Shown piece after piece: positions 9,821-18,633 of a stretch of 32,000 bases of DNA. This DNA comes from Candidatus Baldrarchaeum yapensis (GTDB lineage: Archaea; Asgardarchaeota; Baldrarchaeia; Baldrarchaeales; Baldrarchaeaceae): positions 60,001 to 92,000 of the forward strand of contig JAEOSH010000001.1 in NCBI GenBank assembly GCA_016840465.1. Direction: 5' to 3'. A program made the translations under genes and the position numbers. The notes beneath the pieces were generated by a model. That model was given only the letters and a program-made list of their open reading frames with translations, made no database searches and was not told where the DNA came from. The first letter of the stretch is position 1; every line of letters starts with the position of its first letter.

Positions 9821-9834
9821 GTAGGTGATGCTCC

Positions 9835-10647
9835 ATGGGAGAGATAATTTTACGCCCCAAGAGTTTACCTAAAGTTCCGCTAGAGGCTGATGTAATATCA
9901 CCTGATGTCTTTGCAGGAAAATCTTTAGACGAGATAAAGAAACTTGAAATCTGGAAAGGGAACAAAAAAGTGCCGCTCTCTGAATTTTTCGAAGTGGAGG
10001 GCTCTCCTTCGGAAAAGGTGGAGGATGTCAGAATAATAATAGATGGAAATGTTGCCAGAGTCAAGTGGATTGGCAAGGGGATGAGCGCAGGCGAGATAGT
10101 GATAAAGGGAGATGCTGGAATGCATCTGGGCTCTGGCATGCGTGGAGGAACTATAATAGTTGAAGGGAGTGTTGATGACTGGTGCGGCGCGGAGATGCGA
10201 GGAGGAACAATAGAAATTAAGGGAAATGCCGGTAATTACCTTGGGGCTGCATACCGAGGAGGATGGGTTGGTATGCAAAAGGGTACAATAATCGTACACG
10301 GAAGTGCCGGAAATGAGATAGGCGCCTGGATGGCAAACGGCAAGATTGTAATCGAAGGAGATGCTGGAATGTATACGGGTGTGCATATGCATGGAGGCTT
10401 CATCCTTATACGTGGTAATTGCATGGAAAGAGTCGGGGGAGAAATGACAAACGGGAAAATAATAATACTTGGTCAATTGAAGGAAATACTTCCGACATTT
10501 AAATTGGATGACGAAGTTTCAGAGATTGAAATAGATGGGGACAAGATCGGCGGCCCGTTCTTAAAGTTCATCGGGGATCTCGCAGATAATGGGAAAGGAG
10601 AGTTATATGTACTTAAGGAAAAGAACCAACACCTATTGGAGGGATAG
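9835..10647 (+). CDS. fwdC: Formylmethanofuran dehydrogenase subunit C (beta-helix)
   Basis: VPLEADVISPDVFAGKS; repeated G(D/N)AG..G..M.GG.I.(I/V).G units; F.GDLA.NGKG at the C-terminus. Confidence 0.96.
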   Translation: MGEIILRPKSLPKVPLEADVISPDVFAGKSLDEIKKLEIWKGNKKVPLSEFFEVEGSPSEKVEDVRIIIDGNVARVKWIGKGMSAGEIVIKGDAGMHLGSGMRGGTIIVEGSVDDWCGAEMRGGTIEIKGNAGNYLGAAYRGGWVGMQKGTIIVHGSAGNEIGAWMANGKIVIEGDAGMYTGVHMHGGFILIRGNCMERVGGEMTNGKIIILGQLKEILPTFKLDDEVSEIEIDGDKIGGPFLKFIGDLADNGKGELYVLKEKNQHLLEG

Positions 10648-10649
10648 AA

Positions 10650-11627
10650 ATGTGTGCAAAGGTGAGTGTTAACAAACTAGCGATGCGAAAAGTTCAGGAA
10701 TTGATCGATAATGCCAGTACTTTAGAAGTTTCTGTTCAGAAGACGAGTAATGGCGCTACTGTTATAGACTGCGGAATAAATGTTCCTGGAAGTTTTGAGG
10801 TTGGCAAGTATGTCATAGAGATCTGCTTAGGAGGACTGGGGTCCGCTAGTTTTTCCAGTATCATGATAGGGGATCTCGTGCTACCGTGTGTTAACGTGTC
10901 TGTGATGCATCCTGCAATTTCCACACTAGCATCTCAATTTGCAGGATGGCGCATAACTGATAAAGATGGAAAGTTCTTCGGTATGGGTAGCGGTCCCGCG
11001 CGTGCACTTGCACGAAAGCCGAAAAAGATGTATGAAGAATTAAAGTACAGCGATGAGGCCGATGAGGCTGTGCTTATAATAGAAACCAGTAAAATGCCGA
11101 ATGATCAGATTGCTGAGAGTATAGCAAAGGCGTGTAATATTAATGTGAAAGATCTTTACCTACTCGTGATGCCGACTAGAAGCCTAGTAGGCTCTATACA
11201 AGTCTCGGGCAGAATAGTTGAGACTTGCGTACACAGGCTTCATGTTCTGGGCTTTGATCCGTTAAAAATCAAGTATGGATTCGGATTTTCAACAATTGCG
11301 TTTCTGCACCCGGATGACATTGTTATGATGGGAAGAACAAACGATCAATTGATGGCGGGAGGTTGCGCGTACCTCTTTGTCGAGGGGGATGATAAGGAAC
11401 TAGAAAACCTTGCAAAGCAGGCGCCTGCATGCGCCTCTAAGGATTATGGTAGACCCTTCTATGAGATTTTCAAGGATGCGGGATTCGACTTTTACAAAAT
11501 AGATCCTGGGCTCTTCGCGCCCGCCATGATCATTATTAACAATGTGAAAACAGGGAAGACATTTGTATCCGGCAAATTAAATGCTGATATACTTCGTCGA
11601 TCGTCCGACATAACAATGATTGCTTAG
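10650..11627 (+). CDS. mch: Methenyl-tetrahydromethanopterin cyclohydrolase
   Basis: SVNKLA, GATVIDCG, EICLGGLG, SQFAGW, MGSGPARALA, GRIVET, GRTND, FYKIDPGLFAPA. Confidence 0.97.
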   Translation: MCAKVSVNKLAMRKVQELIDNASTLEVSVQKTSNGATVIDCGINVPGSFEVGKYVIEICLGGLGSASFSSIMIGDLVLPCVNVSVMHPAISTLASQFAGWRITDKDGKFFGMGSGPARALARKPKKMYEELKYSDEADEAVLIIETSKMPNDQIAESIAKACNINVKDLYLLVMPTRSLVGSIQVSGRIVETCVHRLHVLGFDPLKIKYGFGFSTIAFLHPDDIVMMGRTNDQLMAGGCAYLFVEGDDKELENLAKQAPACASKDYGRPFYEIFKDAGFDFYKIDPGLFAPAMIIINNVKTGKTFVSGKLNADILRRSSDITMIA

Positions 11628-11933
11628 ATGAGAAGGTAATTGGCGGGATTGTTGATAGTCCGTAATACTTTCAGTGATCTCCCACTCCCCGTCACTTTCA
11701 ATCCCTTTCTTGTGATAATGATTCCGTTCGGCCGTACTATTCCAGTTATTTGATCTTCCTCGTTTTCTCCAGCAATGCTTTATGATCTTTGATAGGACTT
11801 ATGAAAAACAAGCGGATCACCCTCGAATTCTGAGTACAATACTATGTTGCATATTGGGTTAATACCCTTCAATTTACATCACTGATGCGTATATAGGGCA
11901 TGATTTAGCAGTGTGGCGGAGGATTAGAGGTAA

Positions 11934-12197
11934 ATGAAACCAATCGACGTATTCACATCAAAAGATTGCCCGAAGTGTGAGATTCTAAAGAAGTTCCTTA
12001 CAGATAAGGGTATACAATTCAGAGAGAGGAGAATCGATGATCCGGAGAACATGACAGATGCCATCATGCTTGATATTTACACCGTTCCGGCGATGGTCAA
12101 AGGTTCAAGAGTGTTAAGGACGGAGGAGATGTTTTCGGGAAGTTCTTTGAGAGAAGACGTAGTTTTAAGGTTCATTTTTGGTGATGGAGATGAGTAA
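11934..12197 (+). CDS. nrdH: Glutaredoxin/thioredoxin-like NrdH redoxin
   Basis: FTSKDCPKC active site and cis-Pro motif TVP. Overlaps the nrdD start. Confidence 0.85.
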   Translation: MKPIDVFTSKDCPKCEILKKFLTDKGIQFRERRIDDPENMTDAIMLDIYTVPAMVKGSRVLRTEEMFSGSSLREDVVLRFIFGDGDE

Positions 12198-14418
12198 TAA
12201 CGGTAATGGCGTCAAGAGATGGATTTCAGCAGTTAAGCAGAAATCGGGAAAAATACTGGTGAGAACCACCGACGGGTTAATGGAGCCGTGGAAACGAGAG
12301 AAGATAGTTCGTTCCCTCATGAAAGAGACAAAACTTGCTGAGGAACTCTTCGGCGTTCCTCCCATAACTAGGGAAGAGGCCGAAAGGATTGCCAAGATTG
12401 CTGAGCAGAGATTGCTGGAGATGAATTTGCCCTTTGTAAGTGCGCCATTAATCAGAGAACTTGTTAACATAATTCTCCTAGAGGAAAGTAAACGTAATCC
12501 TAGGTTTGCAGTTTATCGTAACGTCATGACACGTGTGGGAAGACCGCTATATGACGTTTGGGAAACTATGTGGAATAGAGGATATGAAGTGCGTGAGAAT
12601 GCAAATCTTCAGCCAAATCCTGAAACATCTCACAAGAAAATTGCAGATATGACTACAAAAGAAGCTGCATTATTAATATTGCCACCACATCTTGCAGATG
12701 CGCATCTCAGAGGAGATTTGCACATTCATGACCTCGAATATTTCGTCACTCGCCCATTTTGTCAAGACTACGATCTAAGGTTCTTCTATTACTATGGTTT
12801 AAGATGTGATGGTAGCGGACTCCAGACAGCGGCAGCAGGGCCGGCCAAGCACCCTGAGGTTGCAATATTGCATGCTGTAAAGGTGCTTGCTGCAGGACAG
12901 ACGAATTGTGCGGGTGGGCAGGGACTTGCTTACTTTAATGTCTTGATAGCACCATATCTGGAGGGAATCGATGAGGATAGAATGTCACAACTCGCGCAGA
13001 TGCTGTTATTTGAGACAAATGAGACATACGTTTCCAGAGGTGGACAATTAGTTTTCAGTAGCATCCAGATAGAGGCAAAAGTTCCGAAAATTTGGAGAGA
13101 TAGGCCTGTTGTTTTTAGAGGTAAGGTATGGAAAGATTTAACGTACGGAGACTTCGAGGAAGAAGTCAGAATGTTTGCAATTGCGCTTCTGAGAGAATAC
13201 ATGAAAGGAGATTGGTATAATAAGCAGTTTAGTTTTCCGAAGCCCGAAGTTCGCCTGAGATCCGAATATTTCCATGATCCTGAAGCCCGCGAGGTAATAG
13301 ATCTTGCAGTACAGCTCTCAGCAAAGTTCGGATCAACGTATTACGACAATTTAATTCCGCCTTATCGTGACGAAGATGGTGTTGACTGCTACCAGTGTTG
13401 CGCATTTTCCTTCAGGGAGCCTCCAGAGAAGGTGGAGAGGATTCTTAATTTTGAGGATGGAGCGCATTTCAGCATGGGAGGATTACAAGTTGTAACGATA
13501 AATCTTCCTAGAATAGCGTATAGAGCAAATGGAGATGATGACAGGTTCTTCGAGATATTGAGAGAAGTTATGGAAATGGCAAAAGAGATCCTGCTCATAA
13601 AGAGGAGATTGATATTAAAGCAGGCAGAAATGGGGAATTTGCCTTTCCTCACGCAGTCCTTTAATGGAGGACCGCCACTTGTTGATTTGAGAGAATCTGT
13701 ACCAATAATAGGTTTTGTTGGCATGAATGAAACCGTGCAGTATCATACAGGCTTTGAACTTCACGAGAGTAACGATGCTGTCAGGTTTGGTGTTAGAGTG
13801 CTGATTGAGATGGATAGAATTAGGGACGAATTTGAGAAGGAAACAGGTATAAGGTTCGCCATAGCAAGAACCCCGGCCGAGTCCACTGCACAACGTTTAG
13901 CAATTCTAGATTTGATTCATTACAGGGACCAAGCGATTCAGGTCGTAAAGGGAGATCTAAGTGATTGGCAAAGAAAGTTAGAGTTGTATGGTAGAACGGA
14001 GGTGCCTGTGTACTACACTAACGGTTTCATGGTCAGGTATGATGCTCCCATAAGTTTGGCGAAGAAAATCGCTATAGAGCAGAAAGCCTTCCCGATACTA
14101 TCCGGTGGGAACATCTTTCACGTGTTCTTAGGGGAGGCGCATCCGGACCCGGAGGCTCTATTCTCGTTGACGGAGAAAATTGCTACAAGAACAATGATCG
14201 GCTATTGGAGCTATACGAAGGACCTCACTTTATGTAACGAGTGCAAGAAGACCTCTTATGGCTTATTAGACAAGTGCCCCTACTGTCACTCAAGGAATGT
14301 TGAATGGTTTAGTAGAATAACTGGCTACTATCAGCGAGTTAAAGCATGGAATGCCGCAAAACGCGATGAACTCATGAGAAGATACAGACTGAGTGGTGAA
14401 AAGCTGTACTTCATCTGA
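12178..14418 (+). CDS. nrdD: Anaerobic (class III) ribonucleoside-triphosphate reductase with N-terminal ATP cone
   Basis: ATP cone (VRTTDG..EPWKREKI...SAPLIRELVN), HLRGDLHIHDL, PFCQ, AGGQG, YQCC, VTINLPRIA, TPAES, YYTNG, Zn ribbon CNEC/CPYC, glycyl-radical loop SRITGYY (Gly at 14323-14325). Likely start ATG 12190. Confidence 0.97.
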   Translation: MVMEMSNNGNGVKRWISAVKQKSGKILVRTTDGLMEPWKREKIVRSLMKETKLAEELFGVPPITREEAERIAKIAEQRLLEMNLPFVSAPLIRELVNIILLEESKRNPRFAVYRNVMTRVGRPLYDVWETMWNRGYEVRENANLQPNPETSHKKIADMTTKEAALLILPPHLADAHLRGDLHIHDLEYFVTRPFCQDYDLRFFYYYGLRCDGSGLQTAAAGPAKHPEVAILHAVKVLAAGQTNCAGGQGLAYFNVLIAPYLEGIDEDRMSQLAQMLLFETNETYVSRGGQLVFSSIQIEAKVPKIWRDRPVVFRGKVWKDLTYGDFEEEVRMFAIALLREYMKGDWYNKQFSFPKPEVRLRSEYFHDPEAREVIDLAVQLSAKFGSTYYDNLIPPYRDEDGVDCYQCCAFSFREPPEKVERILNFEDGAHFSMGGLQVVTINLPRIAYRANGDDDRFFEILREVMEMAKEILLIKRRLILKQAEMGNLPFLTQSFNGGPPLVDLRESVPIIGFVGMNETVQYHTGFELHESNDAVRFGVRVLIEMDRIRDEFEKETGIRFAIARTPAESTAQRLAILDLIHYRDQAIQVVKGDLSDWQRKLELYGRTEVPVYYTNGFMVRYDAPISLAKKIAIEQKAFPILSGGNIFHVFLGEAHPDPEALFSLTEKIATRTMIGYWSYTKDLTLCNECKKTSYGLLDKCPYCHSRNVEWFSRITGYYQRVKAWNAAKRDELMRRYRLSGEKLYFI

Positions 14419-14462
14419 ACCACATATTATTTTGTAATCAGCAACAACCAGTAAACTTTGAT

Positions 14463-14573
14463 TTAGGCTATTCTTAGTATTCTTGTTGAAGCTAAAGTTT
14501 CATACTCTGATACGGATGTTTCTTTCGTGATGCGTGATATCGAAAAATTATAATTACATGACAAAAATCTCAT
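14463..14573 (-). other. 36-codon ORF coupled by TAATG to the NrdD-like gene; possible detached or frameshifted C-terminal tail
   Basis: MRFLSCNYNFSISRITKETSVSEYETLASTRILRIA. Its ATG shares the last A of the upstream TAA. Contains SRIT-K where NrdD has SRIT-G. Confidence 0.35.
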
Positions 14574-16702
14574 TATTTATTTGTGAAGGAGAATGCGCCG
14601 ATCTTGTGTATCAGCATTGTTTTTATGCATTCAATTAAGTTTTCAACGGATAGAGATTGTATCCTTAAGTTTAATGGAAGCAGATAACCTCCCTTGAAAA
14701 TTCTTTGTGCTTCCGAGACGAGTCTTAAATATTCCGAATCCAAGAAGCCTATGTTGTTCGGAAGTACACCTGTCGAATATGTGTAGAACACACCTGAACC
14801 CTGCTTAAACAATTGACGCTTTCTATCTATTTCTGCAAAACGTTTTGCCACCTCCACGCATGTCGTCACCATCAATCTTGTATTAGATAGATGGCTCTCA
14901 GCAGTTTCCTGTTTTCGCTCTGTGATCTCGCTTGATGTTTCCCTAATGACCTCCTCTAGTCCCAGTAACAGACGACGCACGAACTCTTTATTTTCAATAA
15001 TACCCTCATTTGTCAACACACGAACGACTTCTGGAATTCCTATCGGAGCAACACCCAGCAATGCGTTATTTAATTCAAAGTACCTGCGTTTCTCTTTTCC
15101 GTTGCTATGTAGATTTGTTCCAAGGAGGCGCAGAATGCCACTGCTAAGCAACTCCTTTACGTATTTCACTTTTGCACTTAAGATTTCGAGCGACTTCTCA
15201 AATAAGCTTTTTATTTTCTCGAAAAACATCGACTCATCTCCCGATGACTCGTAAGCCGCTCTTAGCAGATTTACCGCAACCCATCCTACGCAGCCAGTCC
15301 CTACCGTTTTTAGAGGATCGCTAGGATCGTGTAAGCGCTCACCATCGACGCAGTAATTTGTGTTTGGTTGTTGCCACTCGGGTGATAAGTTCGTGAAGAT
15401 AATATCACAATTATAGTTCAGCATGAACTCTAAGGCGTTGCTTAGGAGGACAGCCGTCTCCTCGTTGTTTAAAGAGTTAGCTCTAAGTTTCACAGATATT
15501 ATGATGTTCTCAGCGGGGCCTACCTTTCTAAAGACCCGCTTCAAGGATGAAAATACCGATTTAAATATTTGTAACGCTTGAGTCTCGTAATCTCCATATA
15601 CGCCATCTTCAATCTTTGGAAACCCTACATTTGGTACTTCTCTTTTGGCGAGAACTTCCGGAACTTTCATTTCTAAATATATAACAACCTTCTTCGATTT
15701 ACTCATGCTTGTGTGGACAAGGAAAAACAAACGGTAGAGCAGATCTTCGATTTCCTTAACATTCATGTTCCGGACGAAAGGGGCTAGAAAAACATTAAAG
15801 AAGTCGATTCCTTGGGCACGTGATATTTCTTCCTCGGTTCTTTTTAACACCGTATAGAGATATAATGGTAAATCCTTTACATCATCGGGAAATTTATACG
15901 TGAGACTCTGTCTCAAAGTATTCCAAGAGAGGAGAATTTGAAGATTATGCTGAAAACTTAAGGGAGCGAGAACCCAATCTGAGAGGTATGGAATAAAGAT
16001 CTCCCCGGATAGATGAGCATCAGCTACTTCCCGTGGTAAGACGTTAAGGAGAAGATACTGCTCAAATATCGAGGAGCCTGCGGTTGTTTTTAGAGCCACC
16101 GGGCTAGAGTTCCGAGAACTTTTCGACTTCTCAATAAGTTGTGTTACATCATATACCGGTAACCCTAAACGTGTTAGCGCATGTCTGTATTCTTCGAACC
16201 CTTTTTCCAACAATATTGCATTAACAAATTCTCTTATTAGTGGTGCAGTTAGATATTTTATCTTCGATTTAAGTATGCGTTCTTCCGCCTCACGAGAGAT
16301 CTCATCGGCCATTTTTGGCGGCATCCCGGCTTCTCTGATCAGAGACATCGTTATTTTATTTCTATCGAACTTTTCCATTTCATACCCAGAAGTCCTTACA
16401 AAAATCCCATCTATGAACTCTTTGCTTGCATCTTCTAACATTAGCAATATTTCGGCGACCTTTTCTCCGAGCCTTGTAAGCCTATATCTTCCGCTTTCCT
16501 TGTCATGATCGACAATTCGAGCCTCTTTTAGTTGATTTATATGGTAGGATATTTTACCAGCCGATTCTCTCGGCGATAACCCGAGAAGTTCGATAATTTC
16601 GGTAAAGGATAACACGCTCTTCTTACTAAGGATTTTTATCATATCTATCCTTATTGGGCTCGAGAGAACCGATAGCAGTTTTTTAAAAAGATTTTCTTTC
16701 AT
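14573..16702 (-). CDS. ArsR-like winged HTH + ATP cone + degenerate class III RNR (NrdD-like) barrel fusion
   Basis: N-terminal wHTH (LSSPIRIDMIKIL...SFTEI...SYHINQL...YRLTRLG), then ATP cone (VRTSGYEMEKFDRNKI...TAPLIREFVN), then blocks collinear with NrdD (ADAHLSGEI, QGIDFFNVFLAPF, VAVNLLRAAYESSGDE..FFE, GGYLL). Lacks the PFC cysteine, YQCC, Zn ribbon and RITG. The track start is GTG 16711; ATG 16702 follows an AGGTG RBS. Confidence 0.88.
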   Translation of the reverse strand: MKENLFKKLLSVLSSPIRIDMIKILSKKSVLSFTEIIELLGLSPRESAGKISYHINQLKEARIVDHDKESGRYRLTRLGEKVAEILLMLEDASKEFIDGIFVRTSGYEMEKFDRNKITMSLIREAGMPPKMADEISREAEERILKSKIKYLTAPLIREFVNAILLEKGFEEYRHALTRLGLPVYDVTQLIEKSKSSRNSSPVALKTTAGSSIFEQYLLLNVLPREVADAHLSGEIFIPYLSDWVLAPLSFQHNLQILLSWNTLRQSLTYKFPDDVKDLPLYLYTVLKRTEEEISRAQGIDFFNVFLAPFVRNMNVKEIEDLLYRLFFLVHTSMSKSKKVVIYLEMKVPEVLAKREVPNVGFPKIEDGVYGDYETQALQIFKSVFSSLKRVFRKVGPAENIIISVKLRANSLNNEETAVLLSNALEFMLNYNCDIIFTNLSPEWQQPNTNYCVDGERLHDPSDPLKTVGTGCVGWVAVNLLRAAYESSGDESMFFEKIKSLFEKSLEILSAKVKYVKELLSSGILRLLGTNLHSNGKEKRRYFELNNALLGVAPIGIPEVVRVLTNEGIIENKEFVRRLLLGLEEVIRETSSEITERKQETAESHLSNTRLMVTTCVEVAKRFAEIDRKRQLFKQGSGVFYTYSTGVLPNNIGFLDSEYLRLVSEAQRIFKGGYLLPLNLRIQSLSVENLIECIKTMLIHKIGAFSFTNK

Positions 16703-16711
16703 TTTGCACAC

Positions 16712-17692
<981 letters not shown>

Positions 17693-17696
17693 TCAT

Positions 17697-18203
17697 ATGC
17701 TGGTGATGGCAATGAGCATCGGAAAGTCACAGTCTTACGATGAAGAACTGCGTGTTCGAAAGATAAGGGAGGGTACTGTTATAGATCATATAACTGCCGG
17801 AAGCGCGTTAACAGTTCTGAGGATTCTGGGGATTTCGGGCAAAGAGGGGAACGTTATAAGTATTGTGATGAATGTCCCAAGCAAGAAACTCGGAAAAAAA
17901 GACATTGTCAAAATAGAAGGTCGTGAACTGAATTCTAAGGAGGTTGCAATGATAGCTCTCATAGCCCCTCGTGCGACGATCAATATAATCAGGAATTACA
18001 AGGTTGTACATAAGGAGCGTGTTAGACTTCCGCCTGAGATTAGGGATATTATCAGGTGCATCAACCCAAATTGTATTACAAATAGTGAGAGGGAGCCTGT
18101 CCAACCACTTTTTAAAGTTTTAAGTGACAATCCTCTCAAGTTAAGATGCCAGTACTGCTCAATAATATTGACACAAGAGGACGTTGAGAGGCAGTTGGGA
18201 TAG
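17697..18203 (+). CDS. pyrI: Aspartate carbamoyltransferase regulatory subunit
   Basis: [41 protein letters not shown], Zn ligands CINPNCIT and CQYC. Start may be 17712. Confidence 0.97.
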   Translation: MLVMAMSIGKSQSYDEELRVRKIREGTVIDHITAGSALTVLRILGISGKEGNVISIVMNVPSKKLGKKDIVKIEGRELNSKEVAMIALIAPRATINIIRNYKVVHKERVRLPPEIRDIIRCINPNCITNSEREPVQPLFKVLSDNPLKLRCQYCSIILTQEDVERQLG

Positions 18204-18217
18204 AGAGGTGATCATAA

Positions 18218-18556
18218 ATGGAAATCGCCGTTATTGGCGATCTGGATACGGTGATAGGCTTCAGATTAGCGGGTGTTTCGCTGAGTTATCACGTGACAAA
18301 TGAAAAAGAAGCAGAGAAAGTGCTAAAAGAGGTGGCATCCAGATCTGATGTCGGACTGATAATAATAAATGAGAGATTTGCTGAGGCTCTCAGACCTTTA
18401 ATTAGAGAACTATCGGAGAGACCGGATCTTGTAATAGTAGAAATTCCTGACAAAAAAGGGCCGTTGCCCAGAAAAACAGACCCCATTCGGGAACTTATTC
18501 GTGCAACGCTTGGCGTCGAGATAAAGATAAAGGAGCCTACTCGGGAGAGCACTTGA
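18218..18556 (+). CDS. atpF: A/V-type ATP synthase subunit F
   Basis: IAVIGDLDTVIGFRLAGV, GLIIINE, VEIPDK, IRATLGV. GAGGTGA RBS. Confidence 0.95.
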   Translation: MEIAVIGDLDTVIGFRLAGVSLSYHVTNEKEAEKVLKEVASRSDVGLIIINERFAEALRPLIRELSERPDLVIVEIPDKKGPLPRKTDPIRELIRATLGVEIKIKEPTREST

Positions 18557-18633
18557 TCGTTATATGATAATTCTTAAAAGCCTGTATGATCTTAGGATCT
18601 TTGCGCTAGTCGGAGATTGGCGGGTGTACGGAG

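Noticed and set aside
8030-10476. Minus-strand ORFs 8030..8299, 9350..9787, 9801..10139, 9925..10476 and similar
   Set aside because: Antisense to fwdA/fwdC, with low-complexity Ser/Pro/Ile-rich translations typical of shadow frames.
11624-11779. 51-codon open minus-strand frame (...ITRKGLKVTGSGRSLKVLRTINNPANYLLI) after mch
   Set aside because: Faintly like a wHTH tail, but it has no usable start codon and no upstream continuation, so it cannot be supported even as a pseudogene.
14573-16702. Calling this a second functional anaerobic RNR (nrdD2)
   Set aside because: It lacks the glycyl-radical Gly, the Zn ribbon and the aligned catalytic cysteines.
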